Below, piece by piece: positions 1 to 9,510 of a stretch of 60,723 nt of DNA. Location: NCBI GenBank assembly GCA_039768455.1, contig JBDNAJ010000015.1, positions 1-60,723 of the forward strand. The letters are read 5' to 3'. This DNA comes from Candidatus Arcticimaribacter sp. (GTDB lineage Bacteria; Bacteroidota; Bacteroidia; Flavobacteriales; Flavobacteriaceae). The position numbers and the translations under genes are program-made. Numbering within the stretch: position 1 is the stretch's first letter; each line of letters opens with the position of its first letter. Below the pieces are notes generated by a model. That model did no database searches, had not been told where the DNA came from, and saw nothing but the letters and a program-made list of their open reading frames with translations.

Positions 1-72
1 CCTCCTCTTGGGCTCGAACCAAGGACCCTCTGATTAACAGTCAGATGCTCTAACCAACTGAGCTAAGGAGGA
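1..72 (-). tRNA. tRNA-Asn(GUU), 3' end cut off by the window edge
   Basis: Reverse complement reads TCCTCCTTAGCTCAGTTGGTTAGAGCATCTGACT-GTT-AATCAGAGGGTCCTTGGTTCGAGCCCAAGAGGAGG: D arm, anticodon GTT in a CTGAC/ATCAG arm, GTTCGA T-loop. A TATCTTTG promoter element lies at 88-95 (minus). Confidence 0.96.
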
Positions 73-134
73 TGGTTAATTGGTTGGCAAAGATAATTGA
101 AAATCTTTTTTCCCCAAATTCCTATCGATTTATT

Positions 135-572
135 TTAAGCATTAATTGCAGCGGCCTCTTTTTCGACGGCTACCTCTTCAAAATCTTGGATATCGGCATT
201 CCATTCGAAGTCGCTTTCAATAGCGTCAGTATTAGGGTTATACTTAACTTCTATGTACTTAAGACGATCGACATCTTCGACTTTTACCTGCACGATATAA
301 GTGTGATAGTGATAACGATCAAACGGGCTTAAAAAGGTCTCATAACTATCCCAAATGATATTTCTTGTATACTCTACATTGAGGAATTTTTCTTCAATAA
401 AAAATTTCACTTTTTTATTGATTTCTTTATCATTGATCGGATCTATTTCTCCTGCTTCATTTTCGTTGAGTAAATCAAACTGGGCTTTTAAATCAGGTAT
501 CGTAATTTTTTTGTCTTGAGCGCTTAGGCCTAAGCTAAAAAGGGCAATCGAAAGCAAGAGTAATTTTTTCAT
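135..572 (-). CDS. Hypothetical secreted protein
   Basis: MKKLLLLSIALFSLGLSAQ signal peptide from ATG 572. TATATTTG -7 element at 602-609 (minus) argues against the longer 632 start. No family recognised. Confidence 0.75.
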   Translation of the reverse strand: MKKLLLLSIALFSLGLSAQDKKITIPDLKAQFDLLNENEAGEIDPINDKEINKKVKFFIEEKFLNVEYTRNIIWDSYETFLSPFDRYHYHTYIVQVKVEDVDRLKYIEVKYNPNTDAIESDFEWNADIQDFEEVAVEKEAAAINA

Positions 573-656
573 GTCAGTTAATTTAATAATGTCTTGTTGG
601 TCAAATATAAAAAAGAGTGATGGGAGGCTCAAAGATTTATGGAAAAATCGTTCTAA

Positions 657-1976
657 TTAAGCAAACAACCATCGGTAGAGATCATTTCCATTGGCAAATA
701 AAACAAGTGCTAACAATAAGAAAAAGCCAAACATTTGCGCATATTCCATAAACTTATCATTGGGTTTTTGGCCACTGATCATCTCGTATAATAAAAACAT
801 CACATGCCCTCCGTCTAAAGCGGGGATGGGCAATACATTCATAAAGGCTAGAATAATCGAGATTAAAGCAGTACTACTCCAGAAGCCTTGCCAGTCCCAT
901 TGGGCCGGGAAAAGATTTCCTATCGCCCCAAAACCACCTACTTGGGTAGCGCCTTTTTTCGTAAAAATGTATTTGAACTGGGCTACATAGTCATGTAAAG
1001 TCCAGTAACCATAGTCAAAACCTTCAACAATACTTTGATCTAAATCTAGATCAACATGTGTGGTGCTAAAATCAAATTGTTCTCTAACCATAAAACCTAA
1101 GACCGCTTCTTCAGTAGGGTAAACAGTAATGGTTTTTGCTTCATCTTCTCGAATGATATTGAAAACAACGCTGTCTTGTGCTTTTAAATCTTCGCTTCTA
1201 AGGTCTCCCATTCCATTGATGGCTTTACCGTCAAAGGAGACCAAAACATCTCCTATTTGAATCCCAGCTTTTTCGGCGGGGTTTCCTGGGTAAAGGCTGT
1301 CAACATAAATGCTAGCGATGGGATTAAGTGGAAACATTTCGCCGGCTTCAAACATGGTCGTCCCAAAATCTTCTGGAATAGCGATACTTTCTTTTAATCC
1401 ATTTGAACGGCGAACTTCTACGGTCTTAGGACTTCTTAAAAATAAATGACGGTTCACATCCATCACATATTCAAGGGGTTCTCCGTCAACACTTAAAATT
1501 TGGTCGCCATCTTGAAAACCTATTTCTTCTGCGATAGCAGAAACACTAAATCCTTTAGTGACATCTTCCGTCGGTAGGGTTTCTTTTCCCCAAACAAACA
1601 GAATCATCATATAAATTAGAAATCCAAGGACGATGTTCACGGTTACTCCCCCTAACATGATGATCAATCTTTGCCAGGCGGGTTTTGAGCGAAACTCCCA
1701 GGGTTGTGCGGGTTGCTTCATCTGCTCGGTATCCATACTCTCGTCGATCATCCCAGCGATTTTGACATATCCGCCCAGGGGTAACCACCCGATGCCGTAT
1801 TCTGTTTCGCCAATTTTCTTTTTGAAAAGCGCAAAGTTTACATCAAAAAAGAGGTAGAATTTCTCCACTTTGGTTTTGAATAATTTCGCGGGTATAAAGT
1901 GACCTAGCTCGTGTAAAACGACTAAAATTGATAAACTTAATAAAAGTTGAATGCCTTTAATGACAATTGGATCCAT
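657..1976 (-). CDS. rseP: RIP metalloprotease RseP (M50) with PDZ domains
   Basis: HELGH zinc motif, PLGGYVKIAGM, NVLPIPALDGG, central PDZ-like segments. Confidence 0.95.
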   Translation of the reverse strand: MDPIVIKGIQLLLSLSILVVLHELGHFIPAKLFKTKVEKFYLFFDVNFALFKKKIGETEYGIGWLPLGGYVKIAGMIDESMDTEQMKQPAQPWEFRSKPAWQRLIIMLGGVTVNIVLGFLIYMMILFVWGKETLPTEDVTKGFSVSAIAEEIGFQDGDQILSVDGEPLEYVMDVNRHLFLRSPKTVEVRRSNGLKESIAIPEDFGTTMFEAGEMFPLNPIASIYVDSLYPGNPAEKAGIQIGDVLVSFDGKAINGMGDLRSEDLKAQDSVVFNIIREDEAKTITVYPTEEAVLGFMVREQFDFSTTHVDLDLDQSIVEGFDYGYWTLHDYVAQFKYIFTKKGATQVGGFGAIGNLFPAQWDWQGFWSSTALISIILAFMNVLPIPALDGGHVMFLLYEMISGQKPNDKFMEYAQMFGFFLLLALVLFANGNDLYRWLFA

Positions 1977-1999
1977 AGGATATTTTTTCTAAACAAGCC

Positions 2000-2090
2000 C
2001 AAAAATAAGCATTTCCACTTGCCCTCGCTATCCCCATGCCTATTTATCTTTCTTTTAACAAGGAAAAAGGCTAAAAAGAGTGTAATTTTG
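2000..2090. promoter_or_regulatory. Divergent Bacteroidota -7 promoter elements for rseP and sco
   Basis: CAAAAATA at 2000-2007 (TATTTTTG on minus) and TAATTTTG at 2083-2090 match TAnnTTTG. Confidence 0.6.
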
Positions 2091-2100
2091 TGGCATAGAT

Positions 2101-2781
2101 ATGAACATTAATTTTGCTCGTTACCGAAAGTTTTTCGTGGTTTTTGCGACCATTTCTGCAGTCATCTTAGCACTGTTTTACAACGCACTTGTCCCCGTAA
2201 AAATCCTCCCTATCTATCAACCCGCAGAAGTGAGTTTTGAATTGGTCGATAGCACTTTACAACACGTCAAAAAATACCATAAAATTGCCCCTTTCCGTTT
2301 GATGAATCAAAACGGAAAAGTGATTACACAACACGACTATGAAGATCATATCTATGTCGCTAACTTTTTCTTTACCACCTGTCCCTCCATTTGTCCTATT
2401 ATGACAGATAATATGGGGAGTATTCAAGCACAAATTTTAGAAGACAACAAAATTAAGTTACTGTCTTTTAGTGTCACCCCTCAAATTGATTCTGTCCCTC
2501 AATTGAAGAAATACGCTCTTGAAAAAGGGGTCAACGATGCTAAGTGGAATCTTTTAACCGGCGATAAAAAAGAAATTTACACCCTTGCCCGTAAATCATA
2601 CTTTGTGGTGAAAGAAGATGGCGATGGGGGGCCACATGATATGATTCATACCGAAAACTTTGTATTGGTTGATCCAGACAAGCGCATTCGCGGCTACTAT
2701 AATGGAACAGATAAAACCGCTATGGAAAGCTTGATGGAAGACATCACTACCCTAAAAATAGAATACGGTTTTGAAGATTAA
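2101..2781 (+). CDS. SCO1/SenC family copper chaperone
   Basis: FFTTCPSICP (CxxxC), conserved His in MIHTENFVLVD, N-terminal membrane anchor. Confidence 0.93.
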   Translation: MNINFARYRKFFVVFATISAVILALFYNALVPVKILPIYQPAEVSFELVDSTLQHVKKYHKIAPFRLMNQNGKVITQHDYEDHIYVANFFFTTCPSICPIMTDNMGSIQAQILEDNKIKLLSFSVTPQIDSVPQLKKYALEKGVNDAKWNLLTGDKKEIYTLARKSYFVVKEDGDGGPHDMIHTENFVLVDPDKRIRGYYNGTDKTAMESLMEDITTLKIEYGFED

Positions 2782-2820
2782 ATTGTTTTCTAATGTTTTG
2801 GGAGCGGGCGTATTTTCACC

Positions 2821-2852
2821 TACTTTTGTTTCTTTAAAATCATTCTAAATAA
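2821..2852 (+). promoter_or_regulatory. feoA promoter: -7 element plus 23-bp palindromic operator (putative Fur-type iron box)
   Basis: TACTTTTG at 2821-2828, followed by TTCTTTAAAAT-C-ATTCTAAATAA at 2830-2852. Confidence 0.7.
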
Positions 2853-3079
2853 TGATTACACTAGATCAGATCGAGAAAAATCAAAGGGGGAGAATTGTGG
2901 AGATTGACACTGATCTACTGCCGCTTAAATTGATTGAAATGGGATGTCTTCCCGGGAACGAAGTTCACTTAGAACAATTAGCGCCCTTAAAAGACCCTAT
3001 GTACCTTGTGATTGACGGTTGTCACTTAGCCATCCGAAAAGAAACGGCACAACATATTACCATAGACTTGATCAAATGA
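2852..3079 (+). CDS. feoA: Ferrous iron transport protein A
   Basis: 75 aa, KLIEMGCLPG...APLKDP...LAIRK pattern; ATGA overlap with feoB. Confidence 0.95.
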   Translation: MITLDQIEKNQRGRIVEIDTDLLPLKLIEMGCLPGNEVHLEQLAPLKDPMYLVIDGCHLAIRKETAQHITIDLIK

Positions 3080-5172
3080 GTACAAACCTTAATGTTGCGC
3101 TAATAGGAAACCCTAACACAGGGAAAACCTCTGTCTTTAACGCAATAACGGGTTTAAATCAAAAAGTGGGTAATTACCCTGGGATCACCGTTGAAAAAAA
3201 ACAGGGAACCTGCCGTTTAAACCGCACAACAAAAGCACATATTATAGATTTACCTGGGACTTATAGTCTCAATGCTTCTTCGATGGACGAGAGTGTGGTG
3301 ATTGAGTTGCTTCTCAATAAAAACGACAAAGATTATCCAGATGTAGCGGTGGTGGTTTCTGACATAGAAAACCTTAAACGCAACCTGCTGCTTTTTACTC
3401 AAATTAAAGATTTAGAAATCCCCACACTTTTGGTGATTAATATGTCTGACCGCATGAAGCGGAAGGGGATTTCGCTTGATATCGCTAAACTCGAGACCCA
3501 ATTAAAGACAAAAATTGCCCTAATAAGTACCCGAGAAAATACAGGGATAGAAACCCTTAAAAGTCATTTACTCGAATATCGTTCCCTCTCAAAAGAGCCC
3601 ATTACAGATATCCGTACTATCGATAAGGAGTATTTTGAAAATCTTGAAAAGGTTTTCCCAGATCAATCGCTTTACAAACTGTGGTTAGTGATTACCCAAG
3701 ATGTCAATTTTGCCAAATTAGAACGTCAAAAAGTAGAAGACGCCACCGCTTATCGAACACAGTCTGAATCTCACCTTAAGAGATTACAGCAAAAAGAAAC
3801 CATTAAGCGCTATCAAGTCATTAATCAGGCCTTAAAAGAAACCTATACGGTCGATATTAATAAAGCGACTGATTTTCGTTCGCGTTTAGACCGTGTCTTG
3901 ATTCATCGTTTTTGGGGATACATCATTTTCTTTATGATTTTGTTGACCATCTTCCAAGTCATTTTTGACTGGAGTAGCATTCCCATGGATTTTATTGATG
4001 AGAGCTTTAGTCAATTAAGCGAAGCGACGAAGAAAAACCTCCCCCCCGGTTTATTTACAAACCTTTTAGCCGAAGGCATCATAGCTGGTTTAGGTGGGAT
4101 TGTGATTTTTATCCCACAAATAGCTTTTCTATTTCTCTTTATAGCGGTACTAGAAGAGACGGGTTATATGAGTAGGGTAGTTTTTTTAATGGACCGCGGT
4201 TTACGCAAATATGGTTTAAGCGGGAAAAGTGTAATTCCATTAATTTCTGGAACAGCTTGTGCCATTCCAGCGGTTATGGCAACCCGTAATATCGAAAACT
4301 GGAAAGAACGTTTAATTACCATTTTAGTGACTCCCTTTACCACCTGTTCTGCCCGTTTACCCGTTTACCTTATTTTGATTTCGCTGGTGATTCCAGAAGG
4401 GACCTTTCTAGGGATGGGCTACCAAGGCTTGACCCTTATGGGGCTTTATTTATTGGGATTTGTTATGGCCCTACTTTCTGCGGCTATTTTGAATAAAGTC
4501 TTAAAGATTCAATCCAAAACCTATTTTGTGATTGAGATGCCTAACTACAAACTTCCTTTGCTAAAAAATGTAGGGCTTACGGTTTTTGAAAAGACCAAAT
4601 CCTTTGTAGTAGAAGCCGGGAAAATCATTTTGGCCATCTCTATCTTATTGTGGGTTATGGCTTCTTTTGGTCCAGGAAAGGAGTTCAATAACGCAGCAGA
4701 AATCGTCACAGAAAATGCCATCGGGAAGGATTTCACCAAAGAAGAATTAAACACCGCCATTGCGTCTTATAAACTCGAGCATTCTTTTATTGGGATTTTA
4801 GGAAAAAGCATTGAACCGGCGATTGCTCCGCTAGGTTTTGATTGGAAAATAGGGATTGCGTTGATTAGTTCTTTTGCCGCTAGAGAAGTTTTTGTGGGAA
4901 CATTAGCCACCATTTACAGTGTTGGGAACGACAGCGAAGAAACCATTAAAAACAGAATGGCCGCAGATACGAAAGCAAACGGAAAACCTTTATTTGACCT
5001 CCCCACAGGAGTTTCATTGATGTTGTTTTATGCCTTTGCTTTACAGTGTATGAGTACTTTAGCAATTGTTAAGAAAGAAACCAATGGTTGGAAATGGCCC
5101 ATGATTCAACTTTTTAGCATGACCTTGATTGCTTATCTTTCGGCTTTAGCCGTTTATCAAATCTTAGCCTAA
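3076..5172 (+). CDS. feoB: Ferrous iron transport protein B
   Basis: GNPNTGKT, GNYPGITVE, DLPGTYSL, NMSD GTPase motifs; membrane domain with CSARLP. True start ATG 3076. Confidence 0.97.
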   Translation: MSTNLNVALIGNPNTGKTSVFNAITGLNQKVGNYPGITVEKKQGTCRLNRTTKAHIIDLPGTYSLNASSMDESVVIELLLNKNDKDYPDVAVVVSDIENLKRNLLLFTQIKDLEIPTLLVINMSDRMKRKGISLDIAKLETQLKTKIALISTRENTGIETLKSHLLEYRSLSKEPITDIRTIDKEYFENLEKVFPDQSLYKLWLVITQDVNFAKLERQKVEDATAYRTQSESHLKRLQQKETIKRYQVINQALKETYTVDINKATDFRSRLDRVLIHRFWGYIIFFMILLTIFQVIFDWSSIPMDFIDESFSQLSEATKKNLPPGLFTNLLAEGIIAGLGGIVIFIPQIAFLFLFIAVLEETGYMSRVVFLMDRGLRKYGLSGKSVIPLISGTACAIPAVMATRNIENWKERLITILVTPFTTCSARLPVYLILISLVIPEGTFLGMGYQGLTLMGLYLLGFVMALLSAAILNKVLKIQSKTYFVIEMPNYKLPLLKNVGLTVFEKTKSFVVEAGKIILAISILLWVMASFGPGKEFNNAAEIVTENAIGKDFTKEELNTAIASYKLEHSFIGILGKSIEPAIAPLGFDWKIGIALISSFAAREVFVGTLATIYSVGNDSEETIKNRMAADTKANGKPLFDLPTGVSLMLFYAFALQCMSTLAIVKKETNGWKWPMIQLFSMTLIAYLSALAVYQILA

Positions 5173-5291
5173 TGGAAGCCCTACAAATCTTACTGGTCGC
5201 TGCCGCTGCTGTCTTTGCAGTACGAGTGTTGTATCTAAAGTTTTTTAAGGGAAAAGACGAAAACTGTGGTCCAGATTGTGGCTGCAGCTAA
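5172..5291 (+). CDS. FeoB-associated Cys-rich small membrane protein (39 aa, absent from ORF track)
   Basis: MEALQILLVAAAAVFAVRVLYLKFFKGKDENCGPDCGCS*. ATG overlaps the feoB TAA (TAATG); one hydrophobic helix followed by CxxxCxC. Confidence 0.85.
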   Translation: MEALQILLVAAAAVFAVRVLYLKFFKGKDENCGPDCGCS

Positions 5292-6580
5292 GCATTCATC
5301 AAACTTTCAATTTCGTCAACTTCGATAGGAATATTGCCCATTAAATTGAGGGGGGCTCCATTTTCTTGTGTGACCACATCGTCTTCTAAACGTATCCCAA
5401 AGCCTTCTTCTGGGATATAAATTCCCGGTTCAACGGTAAAGACCATATTGGCCTCCATGGGCAAGTGTAATAAACCATAATCATGGGTGTCTAGCCCCAT
5501 ATGATGTGAAGTGCCATGCATAAAATAGCGTTTATAGGCGGGCATATCTGGGTTTTGCTTGTCAATATCATGTTGATCGAGTAAGCCTAAGCCAAGTAAT
5601 TCACTGCTCATGATCTTGCCTACTTCAAGGTGGTATTCTTTCCACAAGGTTCCAGGGACTAACATTTTTGTGGCTTCTTTTTTCACCCTTAAAACAGCTT
5701 CATAAACCGCTTTTTGACGGGCGGTAAATTTCCCTGAAACTGGAATGGTGCGGGTAAGGTCACTGGAATAGTTTCCATATTCTGCGGCGACATCCATCAA
5801 GAGTAAATCCCCTGCTTTACACTGGCAGTTGTTTTCGGTATAATGCAAGACATTCGCATTGTTCCCACTGGCGATAATGGGGGTGTAAGCAAAACCTTTT
5901 GATCGATGACGTAAGAATTCGTGCGCTAATTCTGCTTCAATTTCATATTCCCACACCCCGGGTTGAACAAAATGGAGTAAACGGCGAAAACCTTTTTCAG
6001 TAATATCGCAGGCGGTTTGAATTTGAGCAATCTCTTCTGGGGCTTTGACAGAACGCAACTGCTGCAAAATAGGATTGCTTTTTGCCACCGCATGAGCGGG
6101 ATAGTTGGCCTTACATTGCGCGATAAAACGATCTTCTCTGGTTTGGGTTTCTACCGACTGCCGATAGTGTTCATTGGTATTGAAATAAAAGGTGTCACAC
6201 TGGGTAGATAATCCTTGAAAGATGCGCTCAAAATCACTAAGCCAATAAACGGTCTCAATGCCAGTTAATTTTGTCGCTTGCGCTTTGGTGAGTTTGGCTC
6301 CCTCCCAAACAGCAATATGAGCATTCGTCTCACGAACAAAAAGAATTTCGCGCTGTTTTGCTTCTACAGCATTGGGAAAAAGCACTAAAATACTTTCTTC
6401 TTGATCAACTCCGCACAGGTAAAAAATATCACGATGCTGCGCAAAAGGAAGGGTAGAATCTGCACTAATAGGATAGACATCATTTGAATTGAAAACCGCC
6501 AGGCTATTGCCTTTCATCTGGGCCATAAAGTTCGCACGAGTTTGTCTGTAAAAAGTTGCCGGTAGTGGTAGATAGCGCAT
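5288..6580 (-). CDS. pepP: Xaa-Pro aminopeptidase (M24B)
   Basis: AMP_N-type N-terminus; YSSDLTRT, HGTSHHMGLDTHD, TVEPGIY, GIRLEDD. Confidence 0.93.
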   Translation of the reverse strand: MRYLPLPATFYRQTRANFMAQMKGNSLAVFNSNDVYPISADSTLPFAQHRDIFYLCGVDQEESILVLFPNAVEAKQREILFVRETNAHIAVWEGAKLTKAQATKLTGIETVYWLSDFERIFQGLSTQCDTFYFNTNEHYRQSVETQTREDRFIAQCKANYPAHAVAKSNPILQQLRSVKAPEEIAQIQTACDITEKGFRRLLHFVQPGVWEYEIEAELAHEFLRHRSKGFAYTPIIASGNNANVLHYTENNCQCKAGDLLLMDVAAEYGNYSSDLTRTIPVSGKFTARQKAVYEAVLRVKKEATKMLVPGTLWKEYHLEVGKIMSSELLGLGLLDQHDIDKQNPDMPAYKRYFMHGTSHHMGLDTHDYGLLHLPMEANMVFTVEPGIYIPEEGFGIRLEDDVVTQENGAPLNLMGNIPIEVDEIESLMNA

Positions 6581-6678
6581 GAATTCGTTTTGGTTAAAAA
6601 TAGGAAAAAACCCTCATTTCAATTCCCTGAGAATTGTAAACCTAGAAAAAATTGTATTTTCAATCTAAATTAGACTAC

Positions 6679-9510
6679 ATGAAATCATATTTATACTCTT
6701 TTTTATTGGCCTTTAGTAGCGTAGTTTTAGCACAAACCCCTGCCACAGACGCACAGGCCCTTTCTTCTTCTATGGATTATTTTAAAAGTCTTCAGCAAAA
6801 CGCTGAAGTCAAAAATGTCCCTTTTGAAAACATTGGCCCTAAAGTAATGAGCGGAAGAGTGGTTGCCCTCGCGGTTAACCCTAATGATCCAACAGAATTT
6901 TATGTGGCCTATGCCTCTGGAGGAGTATGGCACACCAAAACAAATGGGATCAGTTTTACGCCCATATCAGAAAACGCTCCCACCCAAAACATTGGGGAAA
7001 TCGCCGTCCATTGGCCTACTAGGACACTATGGGTTGGAACAGGAGAAAACAATTCCTCTCGCTCTTCTTATGCAGGAATTGGCATGATGAAGTCAACGGA
7101 TAATGGCGACACTTGGACCCTTGCGGGACTTGAGGACAGTCACCATATTGGGAAAATTTTGATTCATCCAGAAAATCCTAATCATGTCATTGTAGGAGTA
7201 ACCGGTCATTTGTATTCTCCTAATGAAGAACGCGGAGTTTACATCACTAAAGACGGGGGTAAAACCTGGGAACACACCTTATACATCAATAACGAAACCG
7301 GAGTGATTGACATGGCAACTGCACCCAATAACTTTGCGATTCAATACGCTGCAGTATGGGAAAAAGACCGTAAAGCCTGGGATTTTGTGGGTAACGGAGA
7401 AAATTCTGGCATTTATAAAAGCACCGATGCTGGAATGACATGGAAGCTGGTTAGCGGCGTCGAAACGGGTTTTCCAGGTGGAGAAGGAGTAGGGCGTATA
7501 GGACTTGCCGTCTTTGATGAAAACACCCTTTATGCCATTCACGATTCTCAATTTAGACGTCCAAAAACAGACAAAGAAAAAAGCAACACTTTGACAAAGA
7601 ACGACTTTAAAAGTATGAGCAAAGAAGCTTTTCTTGCCCTAGAGAACAAAAAATTGAATGCCTTTTTAAAAGAAAATAATTTCCAAGAAAAATATCGAGC
7701 GGCCAACTTGAAAAACAGCGTGCGCAGTGGGGCCGTGGTCCCTAAGGATTTAGCTACCTATTTAGAAGACGCAAACAGTCGGTTGTTTGATACTCCAGTT
7801 GTAGGCGCAGAAGTGTATAAAAGTACAGACGGCGGTGCCAGTTGGGAAAAAACCCACCAAGGCTATATCGATGATTTGTACTACAGTTACGGCTATTACT
7901 TTGGACATGTACATGTCCATCCAAAACAAGAAGATAAAATATACATCTATGGCGTCCCATTATTAACCTCAAATGATGGAGGTAAAACCTTTACATCTAT
8001 TGGTAAATCAAATGTGCATGCTGACCATCACGCCTTGTGGATTAATCCAGAGAAAGCAGGACACTTGATCAATGGAAACGACGGCGGAGTAAACATTACC
8101 TATAACGATGGAAAAAGCTGGATGAAAAATAATTCGACTGCTGTAGGGCAATTTTATGCCATTAATGTCGATAACGAAAAGCCGTATAATGTCTATGGCG
8201 GTTTACAAGATAACGGGGTGTGGAAAGGCGCTCATAACGCGGTAGACGACGAGCGTTGGCACTCTACTGGACATAATCCATGGACCTCGATCATGGGAGG
8301 TGATGGCATGAAAATTCAAATTGACAACCGCAACAGTAATATTGTTTATACCGGGTTTCAATTTGGGAACTACTATCGTTTAGATTTAGCCAATAAAAAG
8401 CGGGAGGCTATTCAGCCAAAGCATACCCTGGGAGAAGCACCTTATCGATTTAACTGGCAGACCCCGATATTGCTGTCTAAACACAATCAAGACATTCTCT
8501 ATTTTGGCGGAAACAAACTCCACAGGTCTTTAAATCAAGGCGACGATTGGGAAACCATTTCAAGTGATTTGACTAAAGGAGGTCGCAAAGGAAATATCGC
8601 CTATGGAACTTTAACGACCCTTTCAGAATCTCCCTTTCAGTTTGGGTATCTCTACACGGGTAGTGACGATGGTTATGTCAACAAAACCACTAATGGTGGT
8701 GGAAGCTGGGAACGAATTTCTGACAGCTTCCCACAAGATCTATGGGTGAGTAGAGTTGTTGCTTCGCAACACCAAAAGGACCGCGTTTATGTTACCTTAA
8801 ACGGGTATCGCTGGGATGATTTTAGTCCTTATGTCTATGTAAGCGAAGATGGCGGAAAACAATGGACTGCCATCGCCAGTAATCTACCCCTCTCTCCCGT
8901 AAATGTTATTCGAGAAGATCCTAAAAAGGAAAACATCCTCTATCTAGGAAACGATATGGGGGTTTTTGTTTCGTTTGATCAAGGAGAAAATTGGATGCCC
9001 TTTGTAGCAGGACTTACCACTGCAGCGGTACATGACCTAGTGGTTCAATCAGAAGAGAACCATTTATTAGTAGGCACCCATGGTCGTTCCATTTACAAGG
9101 CCGATATCAGTCCTTTACAAGAAGAGGTCAAAGATTTTAAGCTTTTACCAGTCGAGAATGTTCGTCATTCGGCTCGATGGGGAAGCAGCTATTCAAGCTG
9201 GCGAAAAGCTTATATTCCTTCAATAGAGTTGAAAGTGTTTTCAAACAATGCAGGGACCATTACATGGTCTATTTATGATGAGAAAAAAACACTTGTTTAT
9301 TCAGGTGAACAATCAATAGACAAAGGCTACAATTATATTGATTACGATCTTACTTTAGCAAAAGATCAATTGAATAACTACCAAAGAAAAAACAAAAAGA
9401 ACCCCCTAAAATCTGCAAAAAATGGACAATACTATTTACCTAAAGGGACCTACACCCTTAGCGTTAAACAAGCTGGACGCTCCACATCGCAAAGTTTTAA
9501 AATTAAATAA
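6679..9510 (+). CDS. Secreted BNR/Asp-box (VPS10/sortilin-like) beta-propeller protein, putative glycosyl hydrolase
   Basis: Signal peptide from ATG 6679; about 10 Asp-box repeats (STDNGDTW, TKDGGKTW, STDAGMTW, STDGGASW, SEDGGKQW etc.); C-terminal Ig-like segment ending LPKGTYTLSV...FKIK. Confidence 0.85.
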   Translation: MKSYLYSFLLAFSSVVLAQTPATDAQALSSSMDYFKSLQQNAEVKNVPFENIGPKVMSGRVVALAVNPNDPTEFYVAYASGGVWHTKTNGISFTPISENAPTQNIGEIAVHWPTRTLWVGTGENNSSRSSYAGIGMMKSTDNGDTWTLAGLEDSHHIGKILIHPENPNHVIVGVTGHLYSPNEERGVYITKDGGKTWEHTLYINNETGVIDMATAPNNFAIQYAAVWEKDRKAWDFVGNGENSGIYKSTDAGMTWKLVSGVETGFPGGEGVGRIGLAVFDENTLYAIHDSQFRRPKTDKEKSNTLTKNDFKSMSKEAFLALENKKLNAFLKENNFQEKYRAANLKNSVRSGAVVPKDLATYLEDANSRLFDTPVVGAEVYKSTDGGASWEKTHQGYIDDLYYSYGYYFGHVHVHPKQEDKIYIYGVPLLTSNDGGKTFTSIGKSNVHADHHALWINPEKAGHLINGNDGGVNITYNDGKSWMKNNSTAVGQFYAINVDNEKPYNVYGGLQDNGVWKGAHNAVDDERWHSTGHNPWTSIMGGDGMKIQIDNRNSNIVYTGFQFGNYYRLDLANKKREAIQPKHTLGEAPYRFNWQTPILLSKHNQDILYFGGNKLHRSLNQGDDWETISSDLTKGGRKGNIAYGTLTTLSESPFQFGYLYTGSDDGYVNKTTNGGGSWERISDSFPQDLWVSRVVASQHQKDRVYVTLNGYRWDDFSPYVYVSEDGGKQWTAIASNLPLSPVNVIREDPKKENILYLGNDMGVFVSFDQGENWMPFVAGLTTAAVHDLVVQSEENHLLVGTHGRSIYKADISPLQEEVKDFKLLPVENVRHSARWGSSYSSWRKAYIPSIELKVFSNNAGTITWSIYDEKKTLVYSGEQSIDKGYNYIDYDLTLAKDQLNNYQRKNKKNPLKSAKNGQYYLPKGTYTLSVKQAGRSTSQSFKIK

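Noticed and set aside
1-134. tRNA as an integration site for an island
   Set aside because: No integrase or duplicated tRNA end in the window; the tRNA 3' side lies outside it.
72-332. Short 60-125 aa ORFs nested in or antisense to long genes throughout the track
   Set aside because: They overlap well-supported genes and show no recognisable motifs.
6650-6672. Third copy of the iron-box palindrome (AATCTAAATTA); also ATTCTAAC near 10502
   Set aside because: Only one arm partly matches; too weak in AT-rich DNA.
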